Of a stretch of 64,000 nt of DNA, positions 13,367 through 26,299 are shown in pieces. This stretch comes from Octopus bimaculoides. Its lineage: Eukaryota. The notes under the pieces are model-generated. The model was not told the origin of the DNA. It ran no database searches and saw only the letters and a list, made by a program, of their open reading frames with translations. Where the stretch lies: assembly GCF_001194135.2 (NCBI RefSeq), contig NC_068996.1:21686390-21750389 (forward strand), read 5' to 3'. Position 1 is the stretch's first letter. Each line of letters opens with the position of its first letter. The position numbers and the translations under genes were made by a program.

Positions 13367-14400
13367 AGGTTGTTCCCCAAAACTGTATAAACACTTTAAC
13401 AACTGAAAATTCAACTTTCATTTCTTTTTAGATTTAACTCATTAGAAATAATGAAGGGAGCCAGACTAATCTGTGAACAAAGTGAATTTATCGTCAAGTT
13501 TGAAAATGTAAAAAGAAAAAATAGTAAAATAGTAAAAAAAAAGACAATTTAGGAGGGAGTTTCAAACAGAGCTATGTATGCGGACCACAGTTTGAAAACC
13601 CCTGGTCTAGAAGACTGCAGATATCAAACCCACAAAGTAAAGAAGGGCACTAATTCTGTGTAGCAAGCGAGTCATGAGATAGGAATTTTAAAATCAAGCA
13701 TCCATTGCATTTTGAAGCAGTGTCATTAGAAAAGTTACATTTCCATGGTCCCGATGAATATGATCTGAATTGAAGAGTGAAGTTTTGCAAGTGGTACCTG
13801 ACAAGATGTTTAGATGTACACTCTCAGACAAAGATTGTTTGGATTGGCGAGGCTACATTTAGTTCAAATGGTGTAAATAACTACCACAACTGCATTTACT
13901 GGGGGATCTGAGCCTCAGCGTATTATGGAGGAACAGTACGTTAATTTGCCAGGAATGATGGTATGGTATGGCTTAACATCATAAAGATTAATTGGACCAA
14001 TCTTTTTGACAATATTGTGACTGGTCCCATTTACTTAAACTAGCTCTGATAATCTGTTATGTCAAGTATTCAAAAGTACTTTGAAGATAAGGAGCTTTAT
14101 TTCCAGCAAGATAGGGCATCTGCATGCCACCACAGTAACGTAAGGGCCTACTTTGATGAATTTCTGCCAAACAAGTAGATCAGATGAAGAGATTCAGCGG
14201 AATACTCTTCGCATTCATTGGACCTCACACTACTAGATATTTATTTTTTTTTTGTTTTGGTGGGTGAATATCTAAGAGATAAATTTTACAGTACAAAACC
14301 AGCAACAGTTGATAAATTGAGAGCAGCCACTGAACAGAGAAGTGCATAAATGCCGAACAAAATGATTCTATTGCTTTGCATTATCAGTAGTACCTGAAAA
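13367..14400 (+). mobile_element. Tc1/mariner (DD37D-like) transposase relic with a hAT end inserted at ~13580-13604
   Basis: [23 protein letters not shown]...VNLPGMMVWYGLT...LIGPIF translation with frameshifts. Confidence 0.7.
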
Positions 14401-14719
14401 AAGCCCATCATGTGTATGTGTGTGTGTGTGTGTGTGCTTGAGTGAGTGTGTATTACTGTCTCCTTGCCTTGATGATGTGTGAAACTTTTAAGTGTTACTG
14501 TCATACAAACAGTGTCCTTTGTGTTCCAATCTTCTAGGAAAACATATCTGGCCATAAGGAAATATTACCTTACTTTGAAACAGGGAACGGTTGGCATCTG
14601 GCCATAGAAAATCTGCCTTTACAAATTGTGTCTGACCCAGTTGAGCAGGGAAAAGTGAATGTTAAAATGATGATGATGGCAGGGATGAAAAAAAAAATAA
14701 AAGAAAAACCATGACATAC

Positions 14720-14888
14720 CTGCAGTATTCGTTGAATGTTAACACGTAACATTTCTCCTCTATACAAGCTATACTGTTGACGTCACGGTGCCTCGAAGCG
14801 AACACTTCACAGTCTACATGACTGGGTTTACGACCAGTCTCAGTATGCTCAGGTCGATAGTACCAGAGTAAACTCATCATCATTTCCC
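14720..14888 (-). CDS. BAHD1: BAHD1-like gene, exon 5, BAH domain core
   Basis: [57 protein letters not shown] closely matches BAHD1 ([12 protein letters not shown]...[27 protein letters not shown]). Acceptor ttcatag| phase 1; donor AG|gtatgt phase 2. Confidence 0.96.
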
Positions 14889-14964
14889 CTATGAAGAATT
14901 CATAGACAACATAAAAACATGTAAAAAGATAAAAAGTAAAATAAAATGAAGGACATAGGTGTCC

Positions 14965-15004
<40 letters not shown>

Positions 15005-15006
<2 letters not shown>

Positions 15007-15395
15007 TCTTTTATTTGTTTCAGTCATTTGACTGTGGCCATGCTAGAGATAAAAAGAGATGAAACCTTTAAAGGGTTTTAGTCGAAGAAATCAACTCCAG
15101 GACTTATTCTTTATAAGCCTAGTACTTATTCTATTGGTCTCTTTTGCTGAACCACTAAGTTACAGGGACATAAACACACCAACATTGGCTGTCAAGCAAT
15201 GGGGGGAGGGGGAACAAACACAAAGACATACACACACACACACAACAGGTTCCTTTCAGTTTCCGTCTACCAAATCCACTCACAAGGCTCTTGTCAGCCC
15301 GAGGATATAGCAGAAGGCACTTACCCAAGGTGCCACGCAGTGAGACTGAACCCAGAACCATGTGGTTGGGAAGTAAGCTTCTTACCACACAGTTA
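15005..15395 (-). mobile_element. tRNA-derived CORE-type SINE, family 1 (near full length)
   Basis: Reverse complement of 41447-41845; ACCTTGGGYAAGTG core. Other copies at ~1757, 3130, 10770, 15430, 17650, 19205, 28245, 38635, 43700, 47870, 54800, 61050. Confidence 0.85.
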
Positions 15396-15801
15396 TTACA
15401 CACACACACACACACCCTATATGTCTTAGCTACGTCAGTCATTGGACTGCTGCCATGCTGGATCACTGCCTTGGAGGATTGAGTCAAATCAATCTCATTG
15501 CTTATTTTTAAAATCTAGTATTTATTCTATCAGTCTCTTTTGCTGAACTTTTAACTGGTTGTCAAACAGTTGAGAGACATATACATATATAATATACAGT
15601 ACAAACATACAATGGGCTTCCACACGGTTTTCATCTACCAAATTTACTCAAATGGCATTGGTCAGGTGGGCATTATAAAAGCAGACACTTACCAAAGGTA
15701 CTGCACAGTGGTACTGAACCTGAAACCACATGGTTCCAAAGTAAGCTTCTTAATAACATAACCATGTCTGAGCCTACTACTAGATTTCTGTTAAGAAATC
15801 T

Positions 15802-16232
15802 TGGATCTTTTCCATATCAAGCATAGATTTTTTAAATAATTTTTTTTTAACTAAACACTATGAAACTTCGGATACTGGTTGAATGTATCACATAGAACGG
15901 AATTTACTCTTAATGTTTTTGACAAAATTTTGTATTTCAGAAGTCATTTCGTGTTAAAGTTGTCATATTTGTGTAATATTAACGAATCAATAACATGCAT
16001 TCAGCTGAAGAAAGTAAACAACAACTTCTGGCTCATTATTTTTACAAAATTATTACTGAGACAGACCAAAGACGGAGCCTGTATGTGGTTGCATGACCTG
16101 CTAGAAAAAGTAGCCAAACTTTTTCATATACCGAATAGAAAAACCTCTGACACATTCAACCAGTATCTGAAGTTTCAAACTGTTTAGTCAAAAAAAATTA
16201 ATTAAAAAATGTGACTGAGATTGACAAGATCC
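15802..16232. mobile_element. MITE with ~90-bp imperfect TIRs
   Basis: ...ACTAAACACTATGAAACTTCGGATACTGGTTGAATGT is mirrored by ACATTCAACCAGTATCTGAAGTTTCAAACTGTTTAGTC... Confidence 0.75.
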
Positions 16233-17216
16233 ATGAAACTACTCTCGTACAACACTGGATATTAGCCATAATATGTACCGAGTTCCCATAACATTTTCTA
16301 TTTATTTCATACAAAAATCTGAATAAATTATACTAGTCATGGGAATCCCAATATTTGGAATATGGATATTTGCTGTCTTTTATTCTTTCAACTTTTCTTT
16401 AACTTTAGCTGCTTCGTCATTCAGTGAAGAATATTGTTTTAACCACAGAATAGCTTTGATTGTAATGGATCTGTGAGAAAAGGCAGAGTGTGTGTGTGTG
16501 TGTGTAAGTGTGTGTAAGGAATTTCATTAGGGTGACAGAGTTATTTCAAGAAGTATGTAAAAGATAATTTATTTTACTAGCATACCTTTTCATAAAAATC
16601 TCCCCCCCCCCTATCATTTGCATGAGTGTGGTTAAAAATAAAATTTGAAAAGTCTCCGTCAAAAACAGAAAATTCAGTTTATGTGGGCATGCTATTCCAA
16701 AAGTCCACAAAGGCATTCTATTGTGAAAACTGTCCAGCAATGATGGGATACTCAGCTAGTGTGTGTGTAAATAAAACCTGGATGTGTTATTTATAATGTT
16801 GTAAACAGCAGTGAATATTCCAAAAAATCATTTCATGAAGACAACAAATGCTAAAAAGCATCAAAATTCTACATCGGTTGACTAAATTTAATCAGCACAA
16901 GAAAATGGCACTACTGTACCATGTGATTTCATTGTATTGCAGATCATCAGCTGTAAGGAAGTCAAGCACTAAATGTCACACAGAAAATCACTCAAGTCAT
17001 GTTGTGAAAAGCTGGTGGGTTGTGTACAAATTACCTTTCAGATTCTATAATGAATATATTAGCACATCCAACCTAACCTGGATGTGTTGCTTATAGTGCC
17101 ATAAGCTGTGGTGAAAGTCTCATAAACACAGCCTGTCAGCTTTGTACAACATCACTAGCTGTTTGGTCAGTATTATTATAATATAATATACATAACCACT
17201 CACACACAACATATAC

Positions 17217-17655
17217 AGGGTGTCCCCAAAGTCTGGACACTGGAAATCTCATTAACTATATTCTTTTAACTATCTATTTTATATATTATCGGACTATAGA
17301 TAACCAAGTTACAACAGGTATATAGTCCATTTTTTGTTCTATAGTGCATTGTTATACCTTTCTAAACTTTTTATTCTTTATATATTATATTTTATCTATA
17401 TATATATATTTTTTCACCTACAATATTTTTTTTTACCTCCACAGATTAAATATGGCTTTGTGCTGAAATTGATGGTAGTGTGGAGTTATTGTATTGGGTT
17501 CATGTAAATCTTGCAAAGTGCATTGACCTTTGCATCACAAATGGAGGAAACCATATTGAAGATGTTATTTGTTAATATTCCAATTGAATAAAATGTTGAA
17601 AATTTTTACTTGTATTTCTTGAAAATATACATTTTGCCTATGTGTCCAGACTTTA
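17217..17655 (+). mobile_element. Tc1/mariner-type non-autonomous element
   Basis: TA|CAGGGTGTCCCCAAAGTCTGGACAC at the left end and GTGTCCAGACTTT at the right end (truncated TIR). Confidence 0.7.
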
Positions 17656-18524
17656 CACACACACACACACATTCAACAGGCTTGTCTCAGTCTCCATCTA
17701 CTAAATCCACTTGCAAATCTTTGGTCAGCCCAGGGCTGCAATAGAAGACACTTGCCCAAGGTATCATACAACAGGACTGAACCCAAGACCACATGATTGG
17801 GAGGCAAATTCTTAACCACACAGCCACATCTACACCTATAGCCCCACTACCCATGCCTGTGCCCACATTGACATCATTAGCAGAGATGGACAATACTTTG
17901 TCAAGGATGTGCCAAAGCTAAACACAGAGACTGAGGAAGCCATGTTGGAGTGGCTGGCATGATAAAAGGAAGGGTAGATGCAATGAACAAAAGAGGATGT
18001 GTGAGGAAGATGAGAACAGAGAATGAGGAAAAAGCATGAAAATGGAGAGGAGGAAAAGAAGAAAAAGAGAAGGATGAAGAAGAGGGGAGGAAAGAAGGAA
18101 AAGAAGAGACCCAAGAAGACAAGACAAAACATTGAAGGCCAATCTCAAAACACTGAGTTTAGTAAAGAATATGACTAAGGATCAAGATACCTGGCATATT
18201 GCTGTACTAAAGAAGACCCATCTGCCATAATTGATACTGGTGCTGGTACCATGTTAAAAGCACCAAGTGCACTCTGTGGAGTAGTTTAGTTGGCATTAGG
18301 AAGGGCATCCAGCTATAGACACCATGCCACGAGAGACAATGGAGCCTGGTGCAGCCCCTGGCCTTACCAGTTCCAGTCAAACCATCCAATCCATGCAAGC
18401 ATGGAAAATAGATGTTAAATGATGATGAAGTGGAAGAGACTATTTTCATGCATTTTGTGATATTTCAAAGCTAAAGAAAGAAAAAAAATCTACCACCTAG
18501 ACACACACAAAACGCAGCACTTAC

Positions 18525-18690
18525 CATCAGGTGGGTTTTCCCAGAAGGCCATTACTTTTGCTGTGAATGGTACGTCTTTCTTGCGAGGCCCAGACTTCAA
18601 CAGAACACAATCTCTAACGCGAATAATATCTCCATCATCATGTTTGATGGCCGGGTAGCATTTACGCTCAACCGGTGGAGCATCAACAGT
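18525..18690 (-). CDS. BAHD1: BAHD1-like gene, exon 4, N-terminal half of BAH domain
   Basis: TVDAPPVERKCYPAIKHDDGDIIRVRDCVLLKSGPRKKDVPFTAKVMAFWENPPDG resembles vertebrate BAHD1 (IRVRDTVLLKSGPRK...YVAKISALWENP, from memory). Acceptor tttttcag| phase 0; donor G|gtaagt phase 1. Confidence 0.95.
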
Positions 18691-20753
18691 CTGAAAAATG
18701 AGCAAAAGAGAAAGAGAGCATAAATTAGACAAACAAATCTTTTTTTCTGAATTCTTAGATGATTTTCTAGATTTTTCTAGATGATTCTTAGATGATTTTC
18801 TTTATCAAATATAAATTTGATAAAGAGAAGCATTTCCTGAAATATTAAATGACCCATTTAGGATGGTACAATATTATTTTCATCACTGTCCATAAATTAC
18901 AAAAAGAAATCTTGTTTAGTTCAAAATGTACCAACAAAAGGAAGGCAGCAAAAAAGCCACACTTTTTAGTAGAGCACAGCAAAATAGCCTGCCAATAAAT
19001 ACACATTTTTTCCGAAGTTTTGGATAGATTTTCTATCTTATATTCCATGAAATGAATTCTTTCTCAAAATATCAAGTATTAAATGACCTATATAGGATGA
19101 TGCAACAAAACATAATTTTATATGACTGAAACAAGTAAAAGATAAAATACACACACACACACATACAATCACATATATATACTTGTGTGTATGTGTGAGT
19201 ATATATTTTATCTTTTACTTGTCTAGTCATTAGACTGTGGCCATGATGGGGCATCGCCTTGAAGAATCTTTAGTTGAATGTATTGACCCCAGTACTAACT
19301 TTTTTTTTTAAAGCGTGGTACTTATTAAATAGATTGCTTTTGCCAAACTGCTAAATTATGGGGATGTAAACACACCAGCACCGGTTGTCCAGTGGTGTGA
19401 CGGGACAAATAGACACAAAGACACACACACATAAGACAGGCTTCTTTCAGTTTCTGTCTACCAAATCCACTCACAAGACCTTGGTTGGCCTGAGGCTATA
19501 GTAGAAGACACTTGCCCAAGGTACCACACTGGTACTGACCTGGAACCATGTGGTTGGGAAGCAAGCTCCAACACAAAGAAGAATGAAGAATTATATATTT
19601 TTTACTTCGTAATTTATGATCCATAATTTGTCTATGCATGTTTCAGATGAGTTAGTGTTGGGTTAATTCTGCACTCAACCTTTTGAGACACATGGTGTTT
19701 TGGTATGTGTAGCCAAAAATATCAAAGTTTTTTTTCTATTGAGATACATCTATCTCTGATTAGCTATTACACTCGAAAACCAACCATTCACAACATTTGT
19801 TCTATTGGGCCAATGGATTGGCCTCAAAATCCTTTCAGCTTGTATCACTGGGGCTGATCAATTGGTCTGGGTGTCCCAAGAGGGATAAATCAATTCACAA
19901 CTAAAGTATCACATAGACCAGAAAAAAAATCAATGCTAGCTCATCTACCTTGGAGAAACCACTCTGTGAAAAATGTAGAACATAGAACCACCAGGTTACA
20001 GTAGTAAACTGCTCACTGCTGTCCTAAGATAATGCTGGAGGAAGGGAAGTATAGTGATTATAAAAGTTAAATTAAAAAGGTTGAAGTAGTATTAAAATTT
20101 GATACTGTAAGAGTTTCTATAATAGTAAACAGCCTAATGCTGTCCAAAGCCATCAATGGGTGAAGGGAAGTATAATCAATATAAAAAGTAAATCAAATAA
20201 GGTTGAAGTGGTATAAGAACATGGTACTGCAAGACCTTCAGGTGTAGTCAAACCTTTTACTGACCCAGACTAAATTAGATAAAAATGGATAAGATGAATA
20301 AATTCCAAGTAGTACCAAACTATATTATTTAGGTCAGCTAAGTTGCTTATACTAATGTTTATAGGAAAAGGCATTTCTATGGAAGGCCAAATTTAGTCAA
20401 TCTTTTATACTATACTCTGAAATCTTCAAAAACAAAATTTGGATTTACTAATCAAACATGAGTACAATAGTAATAACTGGACTATAAATAATTATCGTTC
20501 ATCAGTCTAGTTAACCAAGAACTGTTACTATAGAGTGCTCAAAAAAGTATTTGCCTGGATTAATTTATCTCTATTCCTTTGTGTTATTTATTTTCATTTT
20601 ATATATATATATATATATATATGCGAGGAAACATGGCCTAGTGGTCAGGGTGAGACAATGGTTTAATTCCTAGACCGGGTAGTGCATTGTGTTCTTGAGC
20701 AAAACACTTCATTTCGCATTGCCCTGTGATCACTTCAACACCTAGCAAAACAA

Positions 20754-20815
<62 letters not shown>

Positions 20816-21192
20816 GTATGTATGTACGTGTGTGCATGTACATATAAATATCATGTGTGTGTGTGTATGTATACATACATGTATATTTATATGTGTATAT
20901 GTATATATGATGGACTCTCCTATTGAAAACGACATATGAGTGTTCAGCTTTTTTGCCAAATAATTTTTTGCACAAATAATTTGTTTGTAGTAATCAGTTG
21001 TATGTGCCGTACATTAGCTCACTCACTCCATCAAATTGACATTGTCTGAACAGGTGCACAGTTTGCCATGTGTCAGCTGTTGAAGTGATCACAGGGCAGT
21101 GTGAGATGAAGTGTTTTGCTCAAGAACACAACGCACTACCCGGTCTAGGAATTAAACCATTGTCTCACCCTGACCACTAGGCCATATTTCCT

Positions 21193-21236
<44 letters not shown>

Positions 21237-21841
21237 GAAAATAAATAACACAAAGGAATAGAGATAAATTAATTCAGGCAAATACTTTTTTGAGCAACTA
21301 GACTGATGGCTAAACTGGCAACATGACCATCCCCAAGTACAACAATCTATCTATATATATATATGTATACACACATGCATATATAGATGCATTTGTATGC
21401 GTTTTTATGCAGATCTTGCATGAGAAGGTCTGAGGTCTAATTCTAGAGGGTAATTGTGGAAGCGGTACACTCAGGAAGACATGGGATGAAGTGGTGAGAA
21501 AGGGCTTCACTCAGGGAATGACATGGGACTGAGACTTCTGATGATTTGCTGTGCATGAGAAGACAGTAAAGCTAAGTAAAATTATGGCCTTTCATACATA
21601 TAGGTGAGTCCTTTACAGCCATGCCCCCAACTCCAGCTCCATCTCTCAGTCAAGAGATCCTTGTCTTGCAGGCATGCAGGTGCTGGTGTCACATATGCAT
21701 ATGTATATGTGTATGAAAATATACATGTATGTATGTATATACCCCTGAAAGAAAGGCCAGCATAGCTACAAGCAAAATCTCTAGAGACAGGAAACATCCA
21801 TATGAGATACAGATCAAAGGTCTCAAACTGGTTGCATAGAC

Positions 21842-22144
21842 CAGGGGTTTTCAAACTGTGGTCCCCGGACCACAGGGGGTCCGCAAGGACAAGACAGGGG
21901 GTCCGCAAGGACAAGACAGGGGGTCCGTGGACAGCAAATACTTTTTATGGGCAATTTGATTTTATATATGTTTTTTAATCGAAATCTTTTAATTGACAAT
22001 AAACCTATTTGTTAAATACTGTTAAATAAATAAATGTAAAAATATATGTTATTTTAAGCAAATATTTATGTATAAATATAAATTCCCTAAGGTAAAGCCT
22101 GAAATATAAAGGGGTCTGCAAGTCAAAAAGTTTGAAAACCCCTG
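21842..22144. mobile_element. hAT-type MITE (303 bp)
   Basis: TIRs CAGGGGTTTTCAAACT / AGTTTGAAAACCCCTG; perfect 8-bp TSD GCATAGAC on both sides; internal 22-bp tandem duplication. Confidence 0.95.
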
Positions 22145-22960
22145 GCATAGACAACTCAAGAATAGGGAGATGTTTAATTTAAGACGGACACCCCTGGAAA
22201 TCGAACACAATATCAAACTCTATGGAAAGAAATGAGCAGAGAGAAAGAACAGACCTGTGGAAAGCATAAAAACAAACCCAGAAAGCTTTCTATAAATTTG
22301 CAAATAAAAAAAAACAACAATACAATACAAGATAGGACTGTTGTTCCAAGACAATGGCTGACTGGCCCAAAAAGGATAAGTGGANNNNNNNNNNNNNNNN
22401 NNNNNNNNNNNNNNNNNNNNNNNNNNNNNNNNNNNNNNNNNNNNNNNNNNNNNNNNNNNNNNNNNNNNNNNNNNNNNNNNNNNNNNNNNNNNNNNNNNNN
22501 NNNNNNNNNNNNNNNNNNNNNNNNNNNNNNNNNNNNNNNNNNNNNNNNNNNNNNNNNNNNNNNNNNNNNNNNNNNNNNNNNNNNNNNNNNNNNNNNNNNN
22601 NNNNNNNNNNNNNNNNNNNNNNNNNNNNNNNNNNNNNNNNNNNNNNNNNNNNNNNNNNNNNNNNNNNNNNNNNNNNNNNNNNNNNNNNNNNNNNNNNNNN
22701 NNNNNNNNNNNNNNNNNNNNNNNNNNNNNNNNNNNNNNNNNNNNNNNNNNNNNNNNNNNNNNNNNNNNNNNNNNNNNNNNNNNNNNNNNNNNNNNNNNNN
22801 NNNNNNNNNNNNNNNNNNNNNNNNNNNNNNNNNNNNNNNNNNNNNNNNNNNNNNNNNNNNNNNNNNNNNNNNNNNNNNNNNNNNNNNNNNNNNNNNNNNN
22901 NNNNNNNNNNNNNNNNNNNNNNNNNNNNNNNNNNNATATATATATATATATATATATATA

Positions 22961-24747
22961 CAGTGATACCTTGGCTTACGAGTGTCCCAACTAAAGAGTT
23001 TTTGAGATATGAACTATCTCTTGACCAATTTTTTGCTTTGAGTTGGAAGCCAGCTTCAAATACCCCACCGCTAGTTGGCGTAGCGAACACCACAGTGAAC
23101 TCTGTAATATCTGCCCAGCATCCTGTGTCTCACTTGTTTGCTAGACAGATATGCATGTTAGCAAGTGCAAAGATCATTAGTAGATTGATAGCTATAGAGA
23201 CATGTGTGTTAGCAAGTGCAAAGATCACTAGTGGATAGTTAGTTAGACGGGTGGTAAAATGCTTACTCAGTAGTTGCAGGCTACAGAAGCATCAGTGTTG
23301 TGCTCGCAACTGTGCTTGCAGTTATTTTGCAAAACTTCGTTTTTCCAACCATGGGTCCGCAGAAAGAGAGTATGAAGGACAGTGGTGAGAAGAAGTGGAT
23401 GATGTGCATTGAATTAAAGAAAGAAATTACTGAAAAACATGACCAAGGTGTGTTGACATGGCGACGCAGTATGAGCGTAGCACTTCTACGATCTGCACCA
23501 GAAGCAGAAAGAGTCAATAAAGGCTATGATGCCAGCCAAGGGCATTAAAATAATTTCTAAACAGTGGACATTTATTCATGAAAATATGGAGAAGCTGCTG
23601 ATGGTGTGGTTGATGGAGAAGTAGGTCACAGGAGATACCATGATAGAGGCTATAATCCACGAGAAGGCACAAGCTATTCATGTTGATTTGCTGCAGCAGA
23701 CCCCAGACACTTGTATGAAGCAGGCATTGGGTGAGCTGTTTAAAGCTTGTTGGGGCTGGTTCAAGAATTTTAAAAAGAGGACTGGCATTCACTGCCTTGT
23801 CAGGCAGCAAGAGCAGATATGAAAGTAGCTGAGGATTACCTCAAAACTTTTGCCAGAATTATAGCAGCCAAAGGATACATCTCCCAGCAAGTCTTCAACT
23901 GTGATGAGACAGGACTTTTTTGGAAGAAGATGCCAAGGAGGACTTGGCCTGAAGCAGCTGGCCTGAAGTTGTGTCTGAAACGGACTCTGAAAGACTTGAA
24001 CCTGAAGTGGCAGATTGTATCCCTCGGCAAGTCTATGGGCCTGGAAGTGGATGAAGGTGATATCAATGAGCTCATCGAGGAGCACTCCGAGGAACTGACA
24101 ATGGAAGAGCTAAAGGAGCTACAGACGCAGCAGCACATGGAGGTTTTGCAGGAAATAGGTGACGTAGAGGAAATGGAGGAGATTATCTACCAGTGTGATG
24201 AAGCGAATGTGGGAGAAACTTTCAGACTTTATTCAAAAGAAACACCTAGAAAAAGTTGCCACTGGGAGTGCGATGGCCTATTTAATGACATTCGCCTAAC
24301 TCATTTCACTCTGAAAGTGAGAATGAAACAGACCTTATTGGATAGGTCTTTATTGAAAACTCCTGTAGATGAAAGTGAGGAAAGCATGGCGAAAAGGGCA
24401 AAAACCAATGAATAAAATTCAGTTATTCAGTTCAGCTTTTCTCCCCCACCCTCACATTGCCTGATCTCCAAGGTAAATACAGTACATAATACTTAACGAA
24501 AGCAGTTTATTGCAGTACATTCTAGTGTATTGTTTATTTTATGCAAAATTCATTATTTATAAGTACAATGTTCTTATTTAAAAATACATTTAAAAAATTG
24601 TGGTGTTTTTTTTTTTGGGGGGGGGGTAGTTGGAATGGATTAATGGGGCATTTCAATTCATTCCAATGGGAAAATTTGATTTGACATACAAGTAATTTGA
24701 GTCATGAGCTCCGTCACAGAATGAACTAAACTCATAAGTAAAGGTAC

Positions 24748-24752
<5 letters not shown>
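22961..24752 (+). mobile_element. Tigger/pogo element, internally deleted and decayed
   Basis: TA|CAGTGATACCTTGGCTTACGAG and CTCATAAGTAAAGGTACCACT termini. Transposase motifs GWFKNFKKRTGIH and QVFNCDETGLFWKKMPRRT. Confidence 0.92.
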
Positions 24753-24797
<45 letters not shown>

Positions 24798-24875
24798 GGA
24801 ATAGTCGAACGATGAAATGAACGCTCAACATTGGATTGGTGGATATATACTTTATTTGTGAATTAAGGTTACCAC

Positions 24876-25079
24876 TGGTTTCATGTTAAGAAAAGTAGGA
24901 AAATATTCTAGTGTCTTACCAATTTTTCAAGCTGATCACATGGAAAAAGGTGTTTGCTTCCATTTTGCAAAATGGGAGACTTTTCCAAAATGGAGGCGAA
25001 CACCTTTCTCCATGTGATCAACTTGAAAACTTGTTTTAAGACACTAAGATATTTTCCTACTTTTCTTAACATGAAACCA
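24876..25079. repeat. Foldback/palindrome, ~92-bp arms, 18-bp spacer
   Basis: TGGTTTCATGTTAAGAAAAGTAGGAAAATA...CCATTTTG is mirrored by CAAAATGG...TATTTTCCTACTTTTCTTAACATGAAACCA. Confidence 0.88.
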
Positions 25080-25318
25080 TTGATAGCCTTAATTCACAAA
25101 TAAAGAAAATATAATATATGATAGTTAGCAAGGTGAGACACACAGAAGAAAGAAGAAAGCAAAGGACCACTGATGAGGTCACAGAAGTGTGACGAAAGAA
25201 CTCTGGCCGAAATAAGATTAATGTAATATAATGTAATATAAAGCTGAAGCAAATTAACACCAAATATACAGTGCGTGTGTTTTTATTGGCAAAATTGGCA
25301 ATATGACCATCCCCAAGT

Positions 25319-25351
<33 letters not shown>

Positions 25352-26299
25352 GATATATCATCATCATCATTGTTTAACGTCCGCTTTCCATGTTAGCATG
25401 GGTTGGACGATTTGACTGAGGACTGGTGAAACCGGATGGCAACACCAGGCTCCAATCTGATTTGGCAGAGTTTCTACAGCTGGATGCCCGTCCTAACGCC
25501 AACCACTCAGAGTGTACAGTGTTATATATCCATTATGGCTGATCTTACCAATCGGTTTCGCGCTAAGGATTCAATGGAATGTTAAGTAACAAACCAATTA
25601 TGTAACCCTGTGGTTTCTATTCACCTTCAACAACAGCTGCCATATTTTATTCCATAACAGCTACCTCTGATGAACGCAGAGTCACATAAATGGATTATTA
25701 CTTAACACTGTTGAATCCCTAGCAGGAAACTAATTTGTAAGATCGGCCGTAATGGATATATAATACTGTACACTTCAGATAATATACCTACCCTATTGAA
25801 AGACATACAAGTGCATTCTTTCCTGACTTACGGACTTTTAGATGACTTACACACACACACACACAAGCAAATATGTAAAATAAGACAGAATCCAAAGGTT
25901 CTGCTGTTCATCTGTGTTGGCAAGACTCGCATTTCTTTCCTGTCACTTTTCACCGAAGAAGAGCCTTGTTCAAAACATTGGATTTTCCACTCCTCACAGC
26001 AAATTTACTGTATCCTTTTTTTTTTTTTCTATTTTACTATACATGTGAGTGTGTACTTGTTCCCACACACTGCTTAGCTGATTTTGGTTTATTTACATCC
26101 TTGTAGTCTAGTGGTTCTGTAATAGTAACTTATAGATTAAGTACTAGACTTAAAAAACAAAAACATAAGTACTGAGGTCAATTTATTCAACTGAAGCAGT
26201 CAAGATGGTACCCATCTTGGCCTTGGCTGCAGTCCAATGACTGAAACGAGAAGAAGATAAAAGATGTGAAAGAAAAAAATTAAATGCAAACAATCTCAC

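Noticed and set aside
19990-20260. ~121-bp tandem duplication, about 2.3 copies
   Set aside because: Real but short and old, with no feature suggesting function.
21308-21346. ~40-bp segment repeated at ~25288-25326 (TGGCAAYATGACCATCCCCAAGTACAACAA)
   Set aside because: Most likely the end of a dispersed repeat; too short to interpret.
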